27,353 nucleotides of DNA. Origin: a virus. Its lineage: Duplodnaviria; Caudoviricetes. Both the position numbers and the translations under genes were made by a program. This document shows, in pieces, positions 1 to 9,149 of the stretch (the first letter of the stretch is position 1; every line of letters starts with the position of its first letter). Location: positions 1 to 27,353 of IMG/VR virus record IMGVR_UViG_3300031227_000332. One strand, written 5' to 3'. The notes beneath the pieces are model-generated. The model made no database searches. It saw only the letters and a list, made by a program, of their open reading frames with translations, and was not told the DNA's origin.

Positions 1-288
1 CTATTTACACCTCTAATAAACCTTGGTAATGCCTCTATAAGTAAAATTGAAATAGAAACAATACCGGGACATACAACGTCACTTGACGCAAAGATCGGGG
101 TCTCTTTGACTTATAATGGTTTAACTTACGGTACTGAATATTTTGAAATGTATGGCGAACCGCTTGATTATGGGAAGAACTTTATTGTTCGGAGACTTGG
201 TTTTATTGGTGGTTTTTTTGGTTGCAAACTAAGGGGTGCGACTATTGCAAGAATGGCACTTGGAACTATGAAGGTTACTCATGGCTGA
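1..288 (+). CDS. P22 gp10-like tail hub / DNA stabilisation protein, 3' part (5' end outside window)
   Basis: Frame is open from base 1: LFTPLINLGNASISKIEIETIPG...VSLTYNGLTYGTE...YGKNFIVRRLGFIGGFFGCKLRG. This resembles the P22 gp10 C-terminus (LYTPL...LEVESSTG...LSATTDGINYGRE...YDKRVIWKRVGRIR..IGFKLRV), and it precedes needle, gp14 and gp7-like genes. Confidence 0.85.
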   Translation, partial: LFTPLINLGNASISKIEIETIPGHTTSLDAKIGVSLTYNGLTYGTEYFEMYGEPLDYGKNFIVRRLGFIGGFFGCKLRGATIARMALGTMKVTHG

Positions 289-3200
289 TACATATAGTAA
301 ATTAAGAGGGTTAGCACTTTCAGCAGTAGAATTGAAAGCCTTAACTAATTGGCCCGATGCTCTTATCGAGGATTACTTAAATATCCTTAATAGTCTATTA
401 ACTATATCTGAAGCTGTTGATGTTGTAATTGACAGGCTACTTGAAGAAACTGAAACTGGTTTTACAGATGGTTCAATTCCATTCGTATCGGGTGGTTTTT
501 TAGTCGAAGATAACACCAATCTATTTTGGGATACAGTCACAGAGATTCTGAACGCTAAAGCTATTATCTTGTCAGATGCGACAGCGACAAGAATGCTGTC
601 TACAAACGCCAGTAATGGTGTTGTGAGTGTTGCGGACTTATCAGCTTGGGTAGGCGGAACTGCTAATCAAGTATCTATCACAGACGATGGAGACGGCACA
701 ATAACGCTTTCAACTCCACAAGATACCCACACTGATGCTGATGTTGAATTCGATTCTGCCACATTAGATGATTTAACGGCTTCTTCGTTAGTCTCTTCAG
801 ATGCTACTAAAAAACTAGTAAGTATTGCGATTTTATCAGCTTGGATCGCAGGGACGGCAAATCAGATAACAGTAACAGATGATGGTGATGGTACAGTCAC
901 ATTATCTACCCCACAAGATATAGACACTGGTGCAAATGTAACATTTTCAAGTATAAATTCAGCATATATACAACAGGTTGCAACGGGGAATATTAGCGTT
1001 GGTTCTTCGACTACTATGGACAGCTTAACTACTGGGAATATTAATACTGTTGTCGGTGCTGGTGGAACTGGAAGTGGTCTTACTGAAGGAAACGGGAACG
1101 TCTTGATGGGTTACAGCACTGGAAATGCTTTATCAACTGCTGATAATAATATAATAATCGGACGGAATGCAGGAACTCAACAAGAAACCACTGAAAATTC
1201 AGTAATGATAGGTTATGGGGTCGGACAATCTGCAACAGATACTCAACGTGCTACTTATGTCGGATATGGATCCGGGTCTATTATCCAGGGGAACGCAAAT
1301 ACCTTTATCGGATATGATTCAGGGTATGGACATTTTCCAGTTTCGGGAACGGCAGATGGAACAACTGCAAGTCATTTAATAGATTCAACTAATGCTTTTT
1401 TAACAAATGGTATTGTTAAGAGCAATATGGTTATCCAAAACACAACGGATGACACCGAGACTACCGTAGATTCTGTTGCAGATGGAGACTTAACCTTAAA
1501 TGCTGATATATTTGTGTCGGGTGAAAACTATACTATTGTAACAGCTGGAGCGAATTATAATGTTGGTATAGGTAGAAAAACCCTCTATGAGATAACCGAT
1601 GGAGCTTATAATTTAGCTGGTGGAAATGGTGCTGGCTTAGATTTAAGACACGGTTCAGATAATGTTTTATTGGGCGCAGATTCTGGCGCAGAGTTAACCG
1701 ATGAATCCCATGATATATTTCTTGGTTATAGATCAGGTGCAAAACACGCACTTGGTAGCCGATTAATAATAGATTCTTATACAAGAGTAAGCCAAGCAGA
1801 AGAAATCACAAGTGCTATTTTATACGGTGTTATGTCCGCAACTACGGCTAATCAAACACTAGGAATAAATGCAGATACAACAATCACCGATGATCTTAAT
1901 GTTGAAGGAAGTATATCTGTTGGAACAGATGCGCCATTGTTCGGGTTTTATGATGAAGGTGATATATTTGCAAACGGAAATATAAAGGCCATGAAAGGCT
2001 TATTTTCCGAATCCGCTAAATATGGTGCAGGGTTAGAAATATCAAACAACGCTTTAACTGCTACATATTCAAATGTACTTCATAACGATGCAACACTAAC
2101 TGCATTGACACAAACTATCACGGATTCACACGCTTCTTTTACTGATTCTTTTATTGGGCAATTTATTAAGATTTTAGCATCAACTCCTGATTATACCGAG
2201 GCAACTGGCGAAATCGTGGCTGTACCAAGCGGAACGACCTTAATAGTAAGCATGGCTACTGCTGGCGGTGATGCTATTGTTGATGCAAACGCCATGACTT
2301 TTGTTGTATATCCACAACCGAATTTCTTTGTTGGTGATAATGGTGATATCCACGCGAGCGTAGGAATTGACAAAGACGCTTCATTTAAGATCAGCTCCCC
2401 ACATGGGAAAAACGATCACTCTGTCCACGCTGTTGTAACCGCAGGGGTCGCAGGACATACAGGAATTGATTTAGAAATAGACGCTGGTATTTATGGCGGG
2501 GTTTCAGGATATGGGCTTAATTATGATGCAACTGGATTTGTTGAGGATACACCCGGTACTGGTATTAACATGGTTATTGATAATGCAGGAGCAACGGGTG
2601 GAGATTTACACGGCATAGATGTTGCTGTATCTGACACGGCTAATACAGATATGGAGACAGTTGCAGTTGGAACACACGCTGGTGTTGAGGTTATCCATCA
2701 ACATTTAGGGGATACAGCAGCTATAACGAAGGCATATATAACAGATACTTCAGCGACCATAACCGCTACAACTATAGCCTTTAATGATGCCGGACCCGAT
2801 ACTATAACAGATAGTGGTAATGGTTTTGTAGCCGCTGGATTCGTAGCTGGACAGGTCATTGTGGTAACGGGTGATTCAGATAACAACGGAACTTATACCA
2901 TAGCAACAGCCGCCGCCAATGTAATAACACTAGAAGCCGGAGATACCTTGTCGGACGAACTTGCAGGTGATTCTGTCACAATTACATCGACATTTAGAGA
3001 TACTACAACTGCTTTCGGTTCTTCTGGAACAAATGTTGAAATGTTTTCCTCAGACAATGACTTTATTTTAATCGCTTCAACTGCGGTTTTTGATGAAATA
3101 AATTCATTACTTTCTATTGATTCTAGTACAACAATTAGACCAACCTTTTCATTCTCTGTTGCTGGCGGAACATGGACGGCCTTCACCCCGTCTGACGACA

Positions 3201-3571
3201 GTAGTGGTTTTCAGAATAGCGGTACTATTAGATTTGATAGTGATAATTACGCTACATGGGGACTCCAGACCATCAACGATGTTACAGGCGCAGTAGGCGC
3301 AACGGGGTATTATTGGATTAGGATAAAGAGGAGAAGAAATAATGTCGCTGTACCCCCGACTGAAAGCACTATTAAGATAACCAAGTTAGGATCTTTTCAT
3401 TCATGGGATGAAGAGGGCAGACTTGGTATTAAGACTTTTAACCAGGCTACAGAACCAACGACTACTGATATCCCAGCTGGCAAGTTTTGTTTCTGGACAG
3501 ACACAGACGATTCAAGTTTATGGATTTGTTATAATCATGGTGGAACTGTCAAAACAACGGAAATGACATGA
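281..3571 (+). CDS. Large tail needle/fibre-like virion protein (gp26 position), 1096 aa
   Basis: Lies between gp10-like and gp14-like genes. Short helical N-terminus, a 65-aa internal duplication, Gly/Asn-rich N-x-x-x-G repeats typical of beta-roll fibre/adhesin heads, and Thr/Asp/Gly-rich beta domains. Confidence 0.7.
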   Translation: MADTYSKLRGLALSAVELKALTNWPDALIEDYLNILNSLLTISEAVDVVIDRLLEETETGFTDGSIPFVSGGFLVEDNTNLFWDTVTEILNAKAIILSDATATRMLSTNASNGVVSVADLSAWVGGTANQVSITDDGDGTITLSTPQDTHTDADVEFDSATLDDLTASSLVSSDATKKLVSIAILSAWIAGTANQITVTDDGDGTVTLSTPQDIDTGANVTFSSINSAYIQQVATGNISVGSSTTMDSLTTGNINTVVGAGGTGSGLTEGNGNVLMGYSTGNALSTADNNIIIGRNAGTQQETTENSVMIGYGVGQSATDTQRATYVGYGSGSIIQGNANTFIGYDSGYGHFPVSGTADGTTASHLIDSTNAFLTNGIVKSNMVIQNTTDDTETTVDSVADGDLTLNADIFVSGENYTIVTAGANYNVGIGRKTLYEITDGAYNLAGGNGAGLDLRHGSDNVLLGADSGAELTDESHDIFLGYRSGAKHALGSRLIIDSYTRVSQAEEITSAILYGVMSATTANQTLGINADTTITDDLNVEGSISVGTDAPLFGFYDEGDIFANGNIKAMKGLFSESAKYGAGLEISNNALTATYSNVLHNDATLTALTQTITDSHASFTDSFIGQFIKILASTPDYTEATGEIVAVPSGTTLIVSMATAGGDAIVDANAMTFVVYPQPNFFVGDNGDIHASVGIDKDASFKISSPHGKNDHSVHAVVTAGVAGHTGIDLEIDAGIYGGVSGYGLNYDATGFVEDTPGTGINMVIDNAGATGGDLHGIDVAVSDTANTDMETVAVGTHAGVEVIHQHLGDTAAITKAYITDTSATITATTIAFNDAGPDTITDSGNGFVAAGFVAGQVIVVTGDSDNNGTYTIATAAANVITLEAGDTLSDELAGDSVTITSTFRDTTTAFGSSGTNVEMFSSDNDFILIASTAVFDEINSLLSIDSSTTIRPTFSFSVAGGTWTAFTPSDDSSGFQNSGTIRFDSDNYATWGLQTINDVTGAVGATGYYWIRIKRRRNNVAVPPTESTIKITKLGSFHSWDEEGRLGIKTFNQATEPTTTDIPAGKFCFWTDTDDSSLWICYNHGGTVKTTEMT
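624..925 (+). repeat. Intragenic tandem duplication, 195-bp (65-aa) period
   Basis: VVSVADLSAWVGGTANQVSITDDGDGTITLSTPQD vs LVSIAILSAWIAGTANQITVTDDGDGTVTLSTPQD; tcagcttgg recurs about 195 bp apart. Confidence 0.85.
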
Positions 3572-4011
3572 TAAAATTCTATGAATATAGCGGTGATTTA
3601 ATGGGATTACCCACAAGCAAAGATCATATTAATTTTAGGTGGAATAACCCAGATTGTAAGGTACTGTTTTCAACGGCAAGACAGGGTAATGCAATTAGTT
3701 GCCATTTGGCAAGCGACAAAAAAGGTTTAAGAATGTTAATAATATCAATGCACGAATTTGCCCAGTTTTTATTTTCTACTTATGGGTGGTGCGAGATGTT
3801 ATTTGCAAAGACTAATATTAATTCAATTAAAAAATTAAACGAGAAGTTCGGTTTTAGATCAATCGGCACAATAGGAGAGTGCGATATTTATATACTACCT
3901 AAACAGGTTTATTATTCTGATAATAATACAAAGAAGTTTATAAAGGGCGTTGCGTTGGTAGCTCTTAAAAAGAAGATAGAGGGAGATTTGTTATGGCAGA
4001 ATCAGCAATAG
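3568..4011 (+). CDS. P22 gp14-like (GNAT-fold) virion assembly protein
   Basis: Synteny between needle and gp7. MIKF start, CHL motif and KKLNEKFGFRSIGTI (GNAT-like GF motif; P22 gp14 has IGLKRVGTI). ATGA overlap with upstream gene. Confidence 0.65.
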   Translation: MIKFYEYSGDLMGLPTSKDHINFRWNNPDCKVLFSTARQGNAISCHLASDKKGLRMLIISMHEFAQFLFSTYGWCEMLFAKTNINSIKKLNEKFGFRSIGTIGECDIYILPKQVYYSDNNTKKFIKGVALVALKKKIEGDLLWQNQQ

Positions 4012-4898
4012 GAGCAATAGGAGCAATAGGTGGTGGATTACTCGCTAAAAACTCAGCAGACAAGGCTAATAAGTCAGCCAAACACGCAGCCGAAAGACAA
4101 ATGGCTTATGAACAACAGGCTATTGATTATTTAAAACAGCAAGAGGAAGTTCCAACTCAGTATAGGGAAGGGGCATTAAATCGACTTGGCAGTGTTTATG
4201 GAATTGAGAGTGTAACACCTGAAATAGATACAAATGAACTTATAGGGAGCTTAGGTTTTGATTGGGCCGGTTCAAACGCACTTCGGCTGAGTCCAGACTT
4301 TAATAACCTTCTACAAGATTTACAATCAGGAAAATATGATAAAGACACAAATATAAACGATCTAATTGACAAGATACAAGGACACGATAAATACACAACT
4401 GGTCAAGCTGGAGAAACTTGGAAACAAAATTTAAAAGGCTCACCAGAAATACAAACACTTTTAAGCGATTTACTTGCTGGTGAAAAGTATGGTGCTAAGG
4501 ATTATGGCGGTCAACAAGGGTTAATCGACGATGCTAGAAACTCTCCGCTTTATGGTGCAATTATGGGCGGTCAAAAAGAAGGTGAAGAGGCAATAATGCG
4601 AAACGCCTCTATGACTGGTGGTTTAAGGTCTGGTAACGTTCAAGAAAATCTATATGATTACAATACACAATTATCTAATCAAGCATTATTACAGTCATAC
4701 GATCAACAATTGCAAGGCTTGCAGGGGCTAGCTAATTTACCTTCTAATGCAAACGCAATAGCCTCACAATATGGTAATATGGGAGATTCTGCATATTCAG
4801 GAACGCTCATGAAGGGCCAGACAAGACAGGCTGGAACTGAGGGAATAATGAGTGGAATAATGGGTGGCGCTAAGATGGGTATGAGTTTATTTGGTTAA
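3993..4898 (+). CDS. DNA ejection/transfer protein, gp7-like
   Basis: Gly/Ala-rich N-terminus (SAIGAIGAIGGGLL), SPLY...GEEAIMRNASMTGGLRSGN motif typical of gp7-like pilot proteins, Gly-rich C-terminus ending SLFG. Confidence 0.8.
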   Translation: MAESAIGAIGAIGGGLLAKNSADKANKSAKHAAERQMAYEQQAIDYLKQQEEVPTQYREGALNRLGSVYGIESVTPEIDTNELIGSLGFDWAGSNALRLSPDFNNLLQDLQSGKYDKDTNINDLIDKIQGHDKYTTGQAGETWKQNLKGSPEIQTLLSDLLAGEKYGAKDYGGQQGLIDDARNSPLYGAIMGGQKEGEEAIMRNASMTGGLRSGNVQENLYDYNTQLSNQALLQSYDQQLQGLQGLANLPSNANAIASQYGNMGDSAYSGTLMKGQTRQAGTEGIMSGIMGGAKMGMSLFG

Positions 4899-4920
4899 TA
4901 ATTTTTATAGGAGTAACACA

Positions 4921-6333
4921 ATGAGATCTAATATACCTTTTATTCAACCAGCAGATATTGGCGGTGCTTTGTCTGGTTTTGCTGACACTTTAAATAAACG
5001 TTCAGACGCTCGAAGAGAACAGGTAGAGGAACAAAGAAAACAAGGGATAAGACAAGACCTATCGAGAGATTTAGAAGAAGAAAACTATGAGAACATATAT
5101 AAGACAATGGCTGTTGAACCTTGGGCGGTGGATGAATTTAAGAAGGTTGACAAATTTAAAAATGATAAAACTAAAAAGGCCAGAGGTGATGCGCTTCTAA
5201 AAATTCTTATGGGTGGTGAAGCTACCCCGGCCATAGCTGAACTTGTGGGCGTAATCCATACAGAGGGTGGAACTGTTGAAGATACTGCTGTTGTTGGTAA
5301 TAATGCTATGCAAGCAGATAAAGCTAAAGCCGCTGGCAATATCGAAGAAAAGGCAAAGTATGATAAAAAGGTAATGGATGCCGTAGAATTTGAATATTCA
5401 AAGATGTTTGGTGTAGATAAAATGTTGAAATTAAGAAAGGCGAGGTCTGGTGGTATTGGTGTAGACGGCAAAGAAAAAAAAGAATACTCTCCATCTCCTT
5501 TAAAAAAATCAATAAATGAGCGACAAGAATACATAGATGCTGGCATGTCAGAAGATGATCCGATAATGCAAGCGTATGACAAGGTTATAACCGGAGTTGA
5601 CAAAAGCCCTTTAATATTTACACCAAAACAACTTGATCTCTTGGGTGTTCTTTATTCTAAAACGGGGAAAGTTCCATCATTGGGACGTGGGCAGGCAGCA
5701 ACAAGGGCAAAACAAGAAGTTGTGGCGAGGGGCGCAGCATATCAATTAAGAGAAGAGGGTTTCGGAGAATATGTTGATAAGGGTATTGAATCAGGGATGA
5801 GTCCTGTTGACGCTGCCATGTCTATGCTTGGCGACATAACAGACACCAAGGCCATCCAAGGTTCATTGAATTTTCTTGATAAACAATTAAGTTCAATGGG
5901 TAGTTTTGTTACTAATTTAAATTCACAAGTTGATAAAGTCCATGAATTATCAAAGGATTTAAAAACATTTGACACTAGATTACTTAATATTCCATTAAGA
6001 AAATTAAGGGGAAGGCTAAGGGGTAGCCCCATTCAGGCTAAATATGACATGTATTTAACTGAAATTGAATCAGAAATAGGTAAACTTGCAACGGGTTCAA
6101 CGGGTTCTGTTTCTGAATTGTCGGTAGGTGCACAAGAAAAATGGAGTTTTATACATGATAAAAACTTAAGTGTTCAGGGTATGATGGAATTACTTGAAGA
6201 AACTAAAAAGGCCGCAAATTTTAGAGTTGAAAGTGTACAGGGTCAACTTAATAAAACAAGGGCAAGAATGAGGTCTGAGAACAGGGATTTTAAACAAGAG
6301 AAAGCAACTTCCGACCCATTGGGGATTAGATAA
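4921..6333 (+). CDS. DNA ejection protein, gp20-like
   Basis: Follows gp7-like gene. AGGAG RBS before ATG 4921, preferred over the TTG start at 4891. Helical and charged, C-terminal DPLGIR. Confidence 0.65.
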   Translation: MRSNIPFIQPADIGGALSGFADTLNKRSDARREQVEEQRKQGIRQDLSRDLEEENYENIYKTMAVEPWAVDEFKKVDKFKNDKTKKARGDALLKILMGGEATPAIAELVGVIHTEGGTVEDTAVVGNNAMQADKAKAAGNIEEKAKYDKKVMDAVEFEYSKMFGVDKMLKLRKARSGGIGVDGKEKKEYSPSPLKKSINERQEYIDAGMSEDDPIMQAYDKVITGVDKSPLIFTPKQLDLLGVLYSKTGKVPSLGRGQAATRAKQEVVARGAAYQLREEGFGEYVDKGIESGMSPVDAAMSMLGDITDTKAIQGSLNFLDKQLSSMGSFVTNLNSQVDKVHELSKDLKTFDTRLLNIPLRKLRGRLRGSPIQAKYDMYLTEIESEIGKLATGSTGSVSELSVGAQEKWSFIHDKNLSVQGMMELLEETKKAANFRVESVQGQLNKTRARMRSENRDFKQEKATSDPLGIR

Positions 6334-9149
6334 TGTTACCAGAAATTGAAAAATTCAGGTCTAAATATCCAGATTATAATGATCTTGATGATACTGCTCT
6401 TGCAACCATGTTGGGAGAGAAATACCCAGACAATTATGGTGATTTGGTTGGTAAGGTTAGACAGCAGTCTCAAGATAAATTTGCTGGCGATTTACCATCA
6501 AAAACACGTGAGCCGGGTTATGTTATAGATACAGAAAGAAAGCAACTATTACTTAATGAATTAAATAGACGTGAAAATATAAAATCAGACAAACCGGGTA
6601 TGCTTGATTATTTAATGGAAATAATGAGTACCAACCCAACAGAGGCTATTTCTGGTATGCTTTCAGGCGAGTCAATGAAAGAGCAAACTAAACTTCATGA
6701 TGCTATGCCAGTTAATGATGCTTTAATAGGCGGTGCTGATGCAGGGTTAACGGTGGGTAATATGCTATTAACTGAGGGTGTGGCTGGTATTGCTGGAACT
6801 GCCAAGGCTGTTACTTCGGGTGCAGATGAGGCTGGGAAGACAATTGAGGGTATTCGTGGAGCCTTAGAATATGAGCCTAAATCAGAGTCAGGGAAGAAGG
6901 TTCTTGATAGTGTTGGTAAAATGATGGAAAGACCCGTTGAGGTTATAGGTGGTGCAGTTAACAAAATAGCTGATACAGCATATGAGGTGGGTGGCCCTAA
7001 AGTTGGGCCTTATCTGGGTGCAGGTGTTAAGACTTTAGCTGTTGCAATCCCTGAGATGCTTCAACTTGGCGGTACTCTTTTTGCTAAAAAACTATTTTTA
7101 AGAAAGATATTAAATAAGGCAAAGGTTACTGATTTAATTGATAATGCCGGGATGCTCAAGAAAGAAATATCCGGTGCTACAAGGTCGGCTGGTATTCCAG
7201 ATGAAGAAGTCCTGAAACTATTACCAAGAGAAGCCACAGAACAAACAGCAAGGGCTAAACTATTTGAAGAGTCTGGTGTTCGTGCTTCAAAGGGTGAAAT
7301 ATCAAGAGATTACAAACAGTTGTCTAAAGAACAGAGATTATTTGAGTCATCTGAGGATTCATCCGCAGAACCATTCAGACAGTTTAAACTTAAACAATCT
7401 GAAGATATTAAGAAAAAACTTGATGATTCTTTCGGGGTTGGTTTTTCTAAAGAGGAATCCGGGCAACTTGTTCAGGAAGCTCTTGAGGGTCGTAAAGATA
7501 TGTTGTGGAGTGAGAAACAAGAGCTTTATGATTTGGCTGCAACTAATATAAAAGAAAAGGGTTATAAAGATGTTCCTATATTTATTGACGATATTAAAGA
7601 GACCTTGCCAGACGCAAAGAGACTAAGGGATTTAAACCGTTCCTCTGACGGCAAGGCCGGTGCTGTAATGGATACTTTGGCTGAATACGGTGTAATTGAT
7701 GCCACTGAAGATATGATTAAAAGGGGTATAGAACCAGAGATATTGTCTATCGATAATTATTCATCTTTAGACCAAGCACTTAACAGATTGTATAAATCTG
7801 ACACATCTGGTGCTGTATCAATAATAACAAGACCCGTTCAGAAAGCATTGCAAAAAGAAGTTGATGAAATGGGTAGTGCTTTTGAAAAGGCTGGATTATC
7901 TAAAGATGTGACTGACCCATTGAAGGGTAAACCCCGTAGAATAAAAACCAAAGACCCCCTAGCCAAAGAAGCCAGAAAGTATAAGAGTGCTGAGGAGTTT
8001 GTTAATAATAAGTTGCCAGATAGTGAGTATGTTACGGTTTATCATAAAACTGACTCCCCAATAGAGGATTTTGGTAAAAAACCAATTTATTCTAAAGAAA
8101 ATGCGGGTGAATTATTTGTTAGTAATAGGCCCACTGGACAGGCTGAAGGTTATGGAAAAAATACTTTGGAATTAAGGGTAAAAAAGAATAAGTTAGAAAT
8201 AGATGATGAGTTCCCAAGCGGTGAAGAACATTACACCATTGATACAAAAGAGGCTGATAAGGCATTAAAAACAAAAGCCCAACTAACAGAAACATGGAAC
8301 AAAGCACAAAAGGGTAAGACAGCAACAAGGTATAAAGACCCCAAAGGATTTGCAGAGAGTAAAAAAGAAGTACAGAAAGAACCCGTTAAAGATAAACCAA
8401 TGATGGGCTTTAAAGATCTGAAAAAAGATGTTATTGAACCATTACAAAAAGCAAAAGAAACGGTCAGACAATTAAAGACTGAATTTGACCCTAAAAGTTT
8501 AACGGGTAAACTGATAGACACAAAGAAAAACAGTGCTGTACAGGTTATTGAAGCATCCAAAGTATATGATAAATTATCATCTAGGGCAACACCGATTGAA
8601 GATGTTAGAAAGGTTGTTAATTCTCTGAGTAAATCCGGCAAGAATGGTAAAAAGGCATTAGCATCTTTACAATCAACCACAATCCTTGACCTGATGGAAG
8701 CTGGTTTTAAAACACAATCAAAAGAAGTAAGTGGAGTACCAATATTTAATTCACCTAAATTTAAGAAACGAGTTGAGGCGATAGGACAAGACAAACTTGA
8801 TGTTATCTTTAGGAATAACCGTGAATCATTAAGGGCTATTAGGAATATTGATAAAATTGCTTCAGACTTAATATATCCTGCTGGTTCTGTACCAAAAGGA
8901 TCATCAACATACATGCTTGATTTCTTTAACAAGATGGGGCTTACAGCGGTTGCTGGTAAAATGGGTGGTCATTTATTGATGGAAGTACTTAAGAAAATAG
9001 TTGAACCTGTTACATCTGGTGTTTCAGCAAGGCAAGCACAGAAAGTTTCACCACAAGTTGTAAAAATTAAGTCAATGGTTTCCGAACATTACCCCGGATT
9101 ATTTGGGGCATTAATAGGGTCTAAATCACTAGAAAAGGAAAAGAAATGA
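6333..9149 (+). CDS. Large DNA ejection protein, gp16-like, with inserted ART-like domain
   Basis: TAATG coupling. N-terminal FRSKYPDYNDLDDTALA motif common in phage internal virion proteins, Gly/Ala-rich membrane-like segments, position before tailspike. Confidence 0.7.
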   Translation: MLPEIEKFRSKYPDYNDLDDTALATMLGEKYPDNYGDLVGKVRQQSQDKFAGDLPSKTREPGYVIDTERKQLLLNELNRRENIKSDKPGMLDYLMEIMSTNPTEAISGMLSGESMKEQTKLHDAMPVNDALIGGADAGLTVGNMLLTEGVAGIAGTAKAVTSGADEAGKTIEGIRGALEYEPKSESGKKVLDSVGKMMERPVEVIGGAVNKIADTAYEVGGPKVGPYLGAGVKTLAVAIPEMLQLGGTLFAKKLFLRKILNKAKVTDLIDNAGMLKKEISGATRSAGIPDEEVLKLLPREATEQTARAKLFEESGVRASKGEISRDYKQLSKEQRLFESSEDSSAEPFRQFKLKQSEDIKKKLDDSFGVGFSKEESGQLVQEALEGRKDMLWSEKQELYDLAATNIKEKGYKDVPIFIDDIKETLPDAKRLRDLNRSSDGKAGAVMDTLAEYGVIDATEDMIKRGIEPEILSIDNYSSLDQALNRLYKSDTSGAVSIITRPVQKALQKEVDEMGSAFEKAGLSKDVTDPLKGKPRRIKTKDPLAKEARKYKSAEEFVNNKLPDSEYVTVYHKTDSPIEDFGKKPIYSKENAGELFVSNRPTGQAEGYGKNTLELRVKKNKLEIDDEFPSGEEHYTIDTKEADKALKTKAQLTETWNKAQKGKTATRYKDPKGFAESKKEVQKEPVKDKPMMGFKDLKKDVIEPLQKAKETVRQLKTEFDPKSLTGKLIDTKKNSAVQVIEASKVYDKLSSRATPIEDVRKVVNSLSKSGKNGKKALASLQSTTILDLMEAGFKTQSKEVSGVPIFNSPKFKKRVEAIGQDKLDVIFRNNRESLRAIRNIDKIASDLIYPAGSVPKGSSTYMLDFFNKMGLTAVAGKMGGHLLMEVLKKIVEPVTSGVSARQAQKVSPQVVKIKSMVSEHYPGLFGALIGSKSLEKEKK

